From: Phoronis australis
Taxonomy: Eukaryota; Animalia; Phoronida
Assembly (NCBI GenBank): GCA_002633005.1
Contig: NMRA01000587.1
Span: forward strand, 133,767-197,766
Length of the DNA stretch: 64,000 nt
Reading direction: 5' to 3'
Below are positions 38,411-50,400 of the stretch, in pieces. The notes under the pieces are model-generated. The model saw only the letters and a program-made list of their open reading frames with translations, searched no databases and was not told the DNA's origin. Positions within the stretch are counted from its first letter, which is position 1; each line of letters starts with the position of its first letter. Position numbers and translations under genes: made by a program.

Positions 38411-41400
38411 TTATGGTTGCACCTCAATGCTTTGAACGTTTCCGGTAATCATCTTTTTAATGGTCAGACGTAGCGTGCGATTAGTGCTCGCGTAAACAAT
38501 AGGATTGAGAGCGGCTTTCAAGAACAAAGATTGCACCGCGAGGAAGTTAAGGTGCTGCCGCCAAGCAGGTGGTTTCTTAACAGCAAAATACTTTGTGATG
38601 GTCATCGGTAGGATGCAGAGTGTAAAAATACCGAGGATCTTAAAACTCGTGGCGGCAATCTTTTGTTCAGCTTTGAGCTGCCTGATAATCTCGCTTGGCA
38701 AGAAAGACGCGTTTGCAATCTTGTTTCTTTGTTTGTGGGCCACAACAAAGATTGGAATGTAAAGCAAATAGCAGAGAATGAGAATTGCTAAGGGCACCCC
38801 AGTCATTGTAACCGCGAGCATTGTAGGATTCCAAATGGCGTCGATGACGCACACAACATCCGGTCTGTAGTTCTCGAAGAATGTGTTCATGATCATCATC
38901 CCTGCAACATAATTTTGCGACTGCAATTTTTTCTAGAAAAATCTGGAACTTTCACGAACATCGCCTATTTTTTCCAGAAATGTCATTTTTCGCATGAAAC
39001 TTGAAAAATCTGTTTCTTTATTCTTTTACGCCAAGAAATCACTGTCGCAAATGAAGAGGCTAACATTCAGTGTAAAAAACGGAAGCCTTCATAGTTGATA
39101 GTTGAGAGCCGAGCACTCAGGTTAAAATGGTTTAAAAAATCCCAATGTAGGCAATAGGACAGGGAAAAACAATTTGCAAAATTAATTTCATGCGGAAAAT
39201 TTTACATTAAAAACTTGGCGATATCCATGAAAAAATCGCCTTCTTTAGAAAAACGCAGTCAAACATTGGAATAATTAACACCTAGGCATTGAATTTGTGC
39301 ACAAATATATATTCTGTGGCCATCGAGGACTTTAGAGAATATGACTTTATACTTCAAAAGTTATTCAAGAAATTTCCTATTACAAAAGCCGGACGCTCGG
39401 GCCAACATGAGATTGCCTGCCGAGCTACACAATCAGGTGTGAGAGGGAACGTACACTTCTCTGGATATCTTGAAACGTTTCATGAACAAAATAATGAAAG
39501 AGGCGTTGTCTGATGAATGACTTGTTCTTCGTAGCTGTAGATTGGCGGGAAAACGCACGAGCGTGCACATATAAGGTGAAAACACAGCCGAACTTTCCAA
39601 ATGCTATTTCAAACTATGAAAGCACCTACTTCAAGTGTCTGATATCGGAGATTTCCGGTGAAGGGCACTCCCGATATACAGCTTGACTATGTTGGGTGGC
39701 TAGAAGATTCCGTACAGCGTACGACAATACATGTACACTGTACGCCAAAACGGAATCTTTCATCATGAAAGATTCCATATTGGCGCTCTCTAGAAGAACC
39801 GGAGCACCACCGTGGCTTCCGATTGATCCCGATCCAAAGTTGGGGACCTCAGACTGCTGAGCAAAAGAGCTCAACGTACCCTTGAACTCAGTGTTCGGCC
39901 TGCACGTATATGTAAATGTGTTTGAATAAAGCAACGTGGTCATTCACTGAACTGCGTCTTGGAATAAATATAGGGCACTGAGCATGCGCGCACTGAGCTC
40001 TGTCTTTCTCATGCCAACACCGCAGGTGTCGATTTCAGCTCGATGAACCAAAATCCCAAAAGGAATTTCAAATTTTCAAATTTTAGTTGCTCAACAGCAC
40101 GCTCCAATAAAGTTTCAAGATTTTTCGCCACACGATACGATGGTGACACAAGGTCGCAATAGCCAATGTGTGATCAAATACACGATCATGTAAACTATAA
40201 TAAAGCCTGGCGTGCGTTCAGTAACGCTAGGACCTACATGTAGCTAAAATCTAGCCAAAATCACGTGTTCTCATTTAAAATACACGGCAATATCTCGCGA
40301 AGCCTTGCTTTTTAGCTAGGTCCTAGCGTTATTGAACGGGGCGCAGTGCTCGTGAAAATCTCATTTAGACAGGCTTCTCCCCAATATAGTAATAAAATGT
40401 GATACCCTTATTTGAAATCAGACAGGCCTACTGTTTGTCGGTTAGCATTGCTACAAATATATCAAAAGTGATAACCGTATAATGCTCAGCAGTTGTAACT
40501 TATTATCAAAAACTGTCGCGTGCCGATTTCACCAACTCTAGGGTTTTTTACTTGCACACTGTCATGGCGCTGCAAAAATTACTGTTAATAGGTACATGTA
40601 ACAACTCTGCGTTTTATTAGCATCAATTAACAACGCCAGCGTGAAAGCGCAAGTGTTCCAAACATGCAGAACCATTGTAGTTTGGACCGAACACCTTGTT
40701 TGCAAGGACAATGGCGAATTCGTACAAGTAAAGTAACAAAAAGTTCTGTGATTGATTGTTTCCAGTTGTTCCGTGAATACGGTCTAGAAAACGGAACCGT
40801 AGAAGAATCAGAAAATCAAACATGCATTCAAACCCATTGCTGGTGCTGGCACAGTGTAGTTAGCCGACAGCACGGCAGGAGCCGACAAGCCACAAGTACC
40901 GACGATAAAATTTTCGACTTTTGGCGATGTATTAACGGCGAAAATTTTGATTTTTCGGTTCAATTCACTTCCGGCTAAAAGGGCCAGATTTTTACTTACG
41001 TGTATCAACACGTAACGCTATTTTTACTGTGAAGCAAACTTATAGGGGCTTCAAGGAGTATGCACTTAGCACTTGGACAAGCTATTATCAATGATCTGAG
41101 TAGGCTGTGGATAGTAAAACATGGCCATTAATCTGATCGATTAGTGGAGCTTTTGGACAGACAATCAAATCAGGTGATCTAACTTAATGCTATCTCCCAG
41201 AAAACTTGGTCAAGCTCTGTGGCAAAATTTTTCTGAGGAATTCAAATGAGGGCTTTGTTTTTGTCCTCGCAAATGGCGAAAAATGAAATCGAACGCCTTA
41301 ATTCTTCAAGCAACTCTTACAGTTTATCTTAACTCTGTCAGATTAAAGTGCAGTAATAACAGAAATCGAACGGGAGGAGTTGTGATTTTTCTGACAATTC

Positions 41401-44400
41401 TGAACAGTCCGTCACGACAATATCATGTTATGGGTCAAACTTTTCACTTTCGGCTATGTATCAACGGTGAAATTTTCGATTTGTCGGTTCGATTCACCTC
41501 CGGCTAAAGAGGCGAGTGTTTTGTTCCTCGTGCACTAACAATTTTCCAGATTGCGAAACTAAAACTCAATTCTACATCACATTGCTGATTGTTTTGTTAA
41601 TAAACGCTAATTTATAAGAGTTCTAATTTGTTACTCAACTCTGAAATGTTAGAAAGGTGTGCGACTTTTGTCAGCCCGCCCTGGACGTTGTCAGAGGGAC
41701 GAGCACTGAGGCGCTTCGAAGGGACAATGCATTCGCGAATAAACCTAGCGTCATGGATGGACGTTGCTTGCAGTGCATGTTATCTTGCGAAGATGATAGT
41801 TGCGTGATATCACATTTCTCTCAGGAAGTTTGCTTGAACACAGGCATAGTGTTCTAGCAATCACGACTTCCTGGAACGGAAAACCACCATGGCAGAGTCG
41901 CTCACAATGTTTCACCAGAGTGGTTATTTTCCGCACGCGCGTGCGACGAAACTGTGAAAAAAACAACTATTGACATGCAAGATTTAGGGTTTGAGTATCA
42001 CGAAAATGGTCTACGCCACAATAACTAATTGGCGAAATGAAATTTACAAGTATATTACAGTATCATGTAGTGAGTGCATGACAAAATTTTCACACGGCAT
42101 GTTTCAAATGCAATCTTTGCCTATTGTGTTTTCAGGCGTCAGTCCAGTTTTCAGATCAGGATTCTAAAACAGTATGGCTTCTAGACCTCTCCTGACATTC
42201 CCTCTACCAAAATACATGAAATTTACCCAAACGCATAACTCAACAAGAGCTTGAGGGAGAGTTATTGTTTTTAACTGAAATCGGACGCAAGACGGCGCTG
42301 TAACGCCAATTTTTTGAAGTTTTGGTTTGCAGACCTCTACCTCATTGGTCCTTTGCTGAAATATGGATAAGCAGGTAGGTCTCATCAAGGGCTATATGCA
42401 ATATCACTAAGAGCCTTGGTAGGTCGAGAACTGTGTAGTTAAGATACTTCTAAACAATTTTACGTTACCCGCCATGTAAGTCCAGAGGATACCAGTGGCA
42501 AGAAAAAGTCTCTTATGCGACATAAGCTGCTGGTACTTGTACGGGAATAAGACGGCTACGAAGCGATCGACAGCTGTAACGAAACGAAATGACGAAGTAA
42601 CTACAACATGAAACGGAGGAACAAAAAGGAATTGACAACAGGAATAATTTGTCAACTAGTGAAAACTAAATGTACCAACACTAAACGTTAGTCACCAACA
42701 TGCCTCATGCGGCTGACCATTATTACGAACATAACTCCTGGGTATCGGCATAGGCGGATTTGGGGAGGAGCAGGGGGCCAGCCCCCGCTTCCTTGGCTGC
42801 CGCAAGCAAATTGATATAGAAACAGCGTGAAGCGTGAGGAAATATTGAGTTCAGCAACTAGCACCGGTAGAGTATGAGGAAGGGGGGCTCCGACTCCTAA
42901 CCGCAAACGCGTCGTGTTACCTTTTTTAGTACATCGATAGATTTTGTGAACAGTAGGTCCACATCCCCGGACCCCGCAACTTTTGGGCCGCCTGTGCACA
43001 TACAATCGCGCTTTGTCCACTTGCCGATGCAACTTGTTGACCCCCCTTATGGCATCCTAGGTCCGCCACTGATCGGATACAGGGTATGATCCAGTCAGTG
43101 CAGGAACTCGTGATGATTTGTTGTTCCCTCTGACACAAAATGATCGAACTTCGACAACTGGTAATTAATATAGAACATGTCAGTCAGTTCGAACACGATG
43201 GCTCATCCATTGTGTTGAAAGTGACATTAGATACGTCGTGAGAAAGCGCAGTCATCTGCCATAAAAAATTTAGCCACGTCATTCAGTGGATCTAGATTCT
43301 CCCAGGTTGGACTCTCGCCAAAAATGGTGGTTGCCCCTTGCGAAATCAAAGATCCACCAATGCCAACCTAAAACATTCGAACAGTTGCCTACGTGTGGTG
43401 CGTGTCAAGGGTACAATGTAGCTCTTATGTTTTGAAGGCATACAGCATTGAAACACACTCTTATTGATCAGGATTATAGTGATCAAGGAGGACCTTTTCA
43501 AAACTACTTTTCAAATAAATCATTAACATTAGATTCAGAGTGAATCAATTCCCAGTGTACTATTTGTTCGCATTAGAGTAGTAGGTCTCTACACGTTCAA
43601 ACGTACGTGTGGAATCAACATGCAGCAAAATCACGGTGTAGGTTCCTCTGCCTGGCATTTGAATTCGGCACTGTCGCGAGAAAGACTTAAAAATTCAACA
43701 AAAATGTGTTTTTTCCTCGCTACAGAAGCACTGGCACGTGCATGTTCAGTGTAATTGTGGTCACTTTGTTAACTTAAGTTGCACTAACTGGAATTGCTTA
43801 CTGCTTGCGCTAGATTATTTTATTGGTCGTTTTTTCAAAATATGAACTTCGAGTGTCATTCCGACGTCATGTCTGGTTACCCGCTTCTTTCTTTATGTTT
43901 GAGTATCGATGTGCATGTATAGACTGCATACACACCGTTTGCAGTTGGTGTTACCGATTAATATGATACTCACCCTCAAAATTATTGTACGAGCACGACG
44001 GGAAGCCATTTTAAATGTACATTTCGCAACTGTTTCGTTGTCAATTTTGATTTCGGCTTTGTGCTTTAAAACATTACCACGCTCATCCGCATTTAAATCG
44101 TCGCCGCCTGAGGCTGCAACTCAAGTCACAGACAGTGAGCCCGTTTCGAATTTTCGATTTTGGGATTGGAGCTTTTATTAAAGTCGTTAATTGTTTCGAT
44201 GTTCTCATTGGTATCTGGAATCTTATCCTCTCCCACTAAGGAATATTATGGGACCTTTTTGTGAGAGCAAAATGCCTAATTCAATTTGCGTTTTAGCCAG
44301 CTACAAAACAATGCGAAATGCAGCACTAAATATGCCACGGAGGCATACATGTACTACAGTGTATGTACTAACCAATTAAGAGAAGAGAGCCACCAGACAT

Positions 44401-47400
44401 ACTGAGTGGTACGGTTGTACAGATGAGGCTGATCAGGCAGAAGTTCTTTGAAGATGGAACAATTCCTGAAATAAAAATATAGAATTATGTTTGAAGAGGG
44501 ACCGTAGAGAGCTAATAACTGGCAGCGCCAGAAGCAAAACCTTGGCAAACGGTGGTGCGAGATTTGGCGATGACTGCCAAGGAAGAAAAGGTGATAAACT
44601 CTACTGGAACGTATTTACACGGTACTTCGTTCATCGTAGACCATCTACGGTGTGAGTAAAATTTCCGCTTTTAGAACCAAGGAAAGCCACGGAACACGTC
44701 AGGAGTCAACGGTATTCACTGTGAGAATGGCACAACGATACATTCATCAAACCCATATCAAGATTGCATCATTTCACAGCGTTACTGAAAAATTTAAGGC
44801 TGCTGCGCCTCAGTCTCATCCCCCGGGATCTACTAGGGAGCGGGGTTCAGGGGGTTTAAACCCCCCTGGGACAGAATTAAAAATGAAAACCAAAACAAAA
44901 AAAAACGTTGCCAATAAAACGAAATCAGCTACAAAAACCCAAAAAATCTTACACGACTTCCCCCAACCGCTCTCCGCTACGCGCCTGTGATTCACGCTAA
45001 TCCTAACCCCCATACTGAAAACGTAGATCTGCCACTATAAAAGGTAGTTAGTAGGCTACCATGTGCCTGCCAGTCCTCACGAAGTTAGCGGCTCCCAATC
45101 AGTCTTCATTAATTCAAAACCGTTCGTCGTCGAAGCTTCCGACTCATTATCAGGCAATTAGAGTCGTGAAGTGTGTGGCTAAGGGGTTTGAGGTCCGGAC
45201 TCCTGCTTGGTACACCTTAAGGTTCGAATCCTGGCTCCAAGGGTTGACAACCGAGCATTTTACGAAGGTGTCTCCTCTTCTGAGTTGTATATAGTGCGAA
45301 AGCGATTTTGGGGCTGTGCTCATCTTCAAGAAAAAAAATAACTGTCTTTCTGGTCTCAGAATTGTGGACATTGGACTGAGTAGTGAACTTTTGAAGGTAG
45401 TGTAATTTCGGAGCAGTGAACCTTCGGAGTATTGGCTGGACCTTCGGCCAAAGTAGCGAACCTTCGTAATAGTGACATGTAACCTTAGAAACTTTTCCCA
45501 TCTGAAGTTAGTTGGTCGTATGAAGTCTGTGAGGCTGTGCACCATTGACACTGTTTACAACAAAAGTCTTTCTTCATTGAGCACAGTTTTGTTAGGCCTA
45601 GACCTACTTTCCCCAAAATGTGAACAAACTCGTTGGAGTTTTCTCAGCGCAAGAAAACACGGTTATAGTTAAATGTCAGGTTTTTGAGCAACGGCGGAGG
45701 GCTGCCTGTAGGGAACTTACCGTCGGCTTGTACCAAATTTAAAGAACGGAAGCGCGCACACACGCATGTCAATCCACCAATGCACAATTGAATTGGACAC
45801 TGGATGAACAACATGCGTGTATTTGACGAACACTTTCACCGTACTATACTAGTAAGCAATATCAGATAACAATCCTAATTTGTGCTATTATGTTTCTTTC
45901 ATTCTCATCGCAATACTTTTTGGGAGATTTTTCGTTGCTATGCAACTCAGCTAAGTGTAGACATTTAGTTCTAGACTCCCTTGTACCCCACGGTGTAGCC
46001 ACCACGCGTGTTCAATGCCCATGAATAACACAAAGCCTCCTAAAGTCGTCTGCACGATCCTGTAATCTCCGCCAACACCACTCGGGTGAAGTTAGTTATC
46101 ATAGCAGTGCAACAAACTTGTTGTTGTCCATCTGTATCCCATCTTTAACGGTTCGATCAAATCCGCCCGAACCTCAGTCTCCTGTCTACGGGCCTGTGTT
46201 AGGTCTCGTGGCGTGAAAAACTGACAAACGATGGTGTTCCCAGGGTCTAGACTATTACTAAAAGCAGCAATTAACACTTAAGTATCACTTAATCAAGCTG
46301 AATCACGTTGATGTTGGGCTAACGTATGTCGCGACAACTGAAAAACGACCAATCAAGACCGACACCCTGAGAGTCGACCAGAAGAAAACTGACCTTGCAG
46401 AGGAAAGGTGTTTCTTCTGTCACAAAGCACCTGGCTAGAGACTGTCGTAAGCGGACATAAGTGAAGCAATATCAAAAGTCAGCAGCGGTCAGCCACCGAG
46501 ATTCTTAGATTAAGGAGGAGTCGGTGAAGTGTGCTAACCCTGAACGCGCCTTCAAATGCGTCTGAAGGAGGGGTTTGTTGGCACGAAAAAGATCTCAGTG
46601 TTGAGAGACACAGGCTAAACAACCCTTGTGGTTCAATTTATTCTAGTCAAACCAGGACATATGACCTACCGGAAGAGGTCATGCGAGTGGGTGGACTCTA
46701 CCAAGAGATGGCTGCCTGTCGCCAAGATCAACATCAAGACACCATACTGCACGGGATAAATGTTTGCGATGTGTAGGGAGCGTTCAGAGGCCAATTTGAT
46801 TATCGGGGACGTACCTGGCGCCTTGGACCCAGCGGATGTTGAGCGACAGGAGACAGCAACTACTGTCAACAAGGACAATAGGGCAATGACCTGGTGGAAG
46901 GTCCAAAAGATGACTCTCAAAAGGGTACTACTTCCCAAGAGGAGAACCCAGTGACCTTAACCCCAGAGGGAGAAGAGGTGGCCGAGATGTCGGTAGGAAG
47001 GGATCTTGATGAATCCAGCCGGGCAGCGGTAGCAGTGACTACTAGAGCTCAGGCAGAGGGACAATTAGCGGATAATAAACCGTTAGCTGTATCACCGACC
47101 ATACAAGAGGTCGGACTAAAGCAGTTCAAAGAAGCCCAGTGTGAAGATTCATCAATGAAAAAAGTTGTGGAATCAAGCTGAAACCAAGGTTCAACGACAG
47201 ACTAAAACCAAGGGGTCATACGTGATGGAGGTCCAGCGAGTTATCGGGTGTTTAACAATGAAGACGGTAACGAGGTGAAGCAAGTTATCGTAACGAGCAG
47301 TTTGCATAAGTCTGTGATGAGGGTCGCTCTACTCGGAGGACACCTCGGTGTTAGGAAGACCTCTGACCGCATCATCAGCAACCTCTATTGGCCAGCAGTG

Positions 47401-50400
47401 GCATCAGAAATGACCCGATTCTGAAGGTCATGCGACATCTACCATAAGACCATTCCGAAAGGTTGAGAGATGCCTTTGATGGAGAATCCTTTGAAAAGGA
47501 CGGCGATTGATCTTATTGGCCCTTTAGCTCCAGTTTCCGACAAGGGAAACGGATACATCCTCACGGTGTTAGATTTCGCTACCAGGTACCCAGAAGCAGT
47601 GGCGCTACCGAAGACTGAGACAGGGTGTGGCAGAATCATTGTGAGAATATTATTCCACGAGAGTTCCTGAGTGATTGTAGAACGCAGTTCACAGAGGAAC
47701 TGATGAAGGAGGTCAGCAGACTTGTTAGTGCACAGCAGCTGTATACGATCGCTTACAACCCACGCTATAACGGTGTCTGCGAGAGAACCAACGTTGTACT
47801 AAAAGCCATGCTGAAGAAGATGTGTCAAGAAAGACCAAAGGACTGGGACCGGTATCTGCCAGCTGCATTGTTTGCTTACCGGGAAATTCCGCAATCAAGC
47901 ACAGGATTTTTACCCTTTGAGTTGCTATACGGCAGGACATTAAGAGGTCCGATGCAAATCCTGTGCGAACTCTGGACTGGGGAAGACAACAACGAAGTCC
48001 GAAATACTTACCAGTATGTCTTTGAGCTCAGGATCCGCTTAGAGGAGACCTACGAGTTGGCTAGAAAAAAATTGCATAATGCACAGGGTATTCACAAGCA
48101 CTAGTACGACAAGAAGGCCTTCTTGATGGAGGCAGTTTAGAGCTTCGACCAGAGGCGCACAACGAGACCTGTGTGATTCCTTGACGTCAGAACAGCGTGA
48201 AAGGCTCTACATCTCCTACGTGACTACCGTAGTATCTCCACCGATCAGCTTGGAGGGACCGAGTTGTCCTGCCACGTCATCGCGTTGACGACAGAGCATC
48301 CATTGAGAGTGAGACCACGTCAGCTGCCGTACATTACTCAGGACCTAGTGAAGAAGGAAGTGCGGGAGATGTTAAATATGAACATCATTGAGCCTTCCAC
48401 TTCAGCTTAGAGCTCTCCTGTAGTATTGGTGGCTAAAAAGAACGGCACCACAAGGTTCTGTGTTGACTACCGGCGGCTGAATGCAGCGACCAAATTCGAT
48501 AACGAGCCCATGGGTAACCCTGAAGCTATTATGGGGACTCTGCATGGTTAAAGTTTCTTCTCAAAGTTTGACTTCACTAAGGGATACTGGAAAATTCCCA
48601 TGGATAAAGCGAGTAAAGTGAAAACCACACTTGTGACTCCAGGAGGCTCTTACCAGTTCCGCAGAATGTCGTTTGGCTTGGTGAATTCAGCTGCCACGTT
48701 CAACAGCATGACGAGAAGGATATTGGCGGGCTCAGATAATATCGAACAGTATGTTGACGATGTGCTTCCCCATACTATCACCTGGGAGGAACATCTCAGT
48801 ACACTGAGAGACTTGTTTCAGAGATTAAGGCAAGCAGGCTTGACAGTAAGACCGTCAACGTGCAGAATTGGCGATCAGGATATGGAGATCCTTAGATATC
48901 AGGTTGGGACAAACCAGATAGCTATGTACGACCAAAAGCTAATGAGGATCCTGGATGCACGAACGCCATTTGGTAAGACGGAAGTACGTCATTCCTAGGG
49001 CCTACATATACAGGGCACTACCGAAAGTTTGTGCCTAACTATGCACAGATAGCCACACCGTTGGCGGATTTACTGAAGAGAGGCCAGCCAAAGAAAGTCG
49101 TATGGACAGATATTCATGACCAGGCATTCGTAAAGCTAAAGCAAGCGCTTGGAAGTAGTTCAATCATACAAGTGCCAGACTTCACCCAGAGATTCATATC
49201 CAGGATGGATAACGATTAAACGATGGTTTAGGGGCAGTCTAACTGCAGGAGTTTTACGATGGGACATTACCTATATCGTATGCTAGCCTGAAGCTTAAGG
49301 AGGGCGAGCGACATTACTTTACAGAAGAGAAAGAGGGTTTGGCGATAGTGTTCTCTGTTAAACGGTTTCAGTTTTATCTCTACGGGGCAGAATTCGTGGT
49401 GCAAACAGACTACACTCCATTGATATATATTCAGCATTGTAAGATTGAAAGTCGCAGAGTTATGCGATGGGCTTTAGCACTGTAGAAATACAAATTCCAC
49501 GTGGAGCATATCCGGGAAAATCTAGCGTCGGTGCGGATTACTTAAATCGATTACCAAAGCATGCAAGTCAGGGAGCACCTTAGAGAAGGACACAGCAGCA
49601 GAAGATTATATATCTGGGCCAGATGATTTTGTGTTAATAAATTATAGAGTAATTTTCTCTTTGGCAGGAGTGTGTTTTCAGAATTTAATTATTATTTTGT
49701 TCTGTTTGTGTTATTTATTAGCATAGACCCTGAGGCCAGTACAGTGATGACGTAATTTGTTTATTACAAAATAGTAGACTCCAGCATGTGAGTGATTAAT
49801 GTAATCTGGAGCATTCTAGAGACTATATGTTTGTAGAATGATTCCGGGAAGTTCTTGCATGAGCTTGTATTGATTAAAAGCTCTAGAACATTGCATTGGT
49901 CTATAAATACACAAGTACGGGTTTGTGGCCCAGTTTCAATTTCAGTTCAACAGTTAAGCAATTTAAAGTTACAAGAGAGTTACAGTTGAGTTGCAGTGAA
50001 GAGAATCAATAGTTACAGCGAGAGTCAATAGAGAGTCAGCTACAAAGACAGCAGGTTATTGAATCAGCGAGTGTAGCAGTTACTGAAGGTGTCTCAGAAG
50101 CTCATCACAAGTCAAGGCTTTCCAGAACTGACTGGATGATATAACAGTCATTACGTCGGAAGTTTTGTTTGAATAGGCTTGTGAACATACGGTCGAGATT
50201 AGTAAAAGGATAAACTCGAACCAGTCTTCAGGCTATTATCTCACCAAAAGCTATTAGCACCGATTTGTAACCACCTGCGCCCACCCACACACGGGAAAAC
50301 GTGACAGGGAGTTCGATCGAATGACCATAGGTGTACTTTTGGTCTCGTGACAGACCAGGACATCTCATTTGTGTAAATATTGACTAGAGCAGTGCACATC

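Noticed and set aside
38490-38530. TM7 lysine suggesting an opsin
   Set aside because: The Lys is 4 residues before N7.49 (position 7.45); opsins have it at 7.43.
45170-45235. tRNA gene (B box GGTTCGAATCC at 45221)
   Set aside because: No cloverleaf can be folded; at most a decayed SINE head.
45721-45799. Exon-like segment considered as the GPCR TM3 exon
   Set aside because: Its phases do not join exon 1 to exon 3, whereas 44465-44373 fits the phases and gives C3.25, S3.39 and L3.43.
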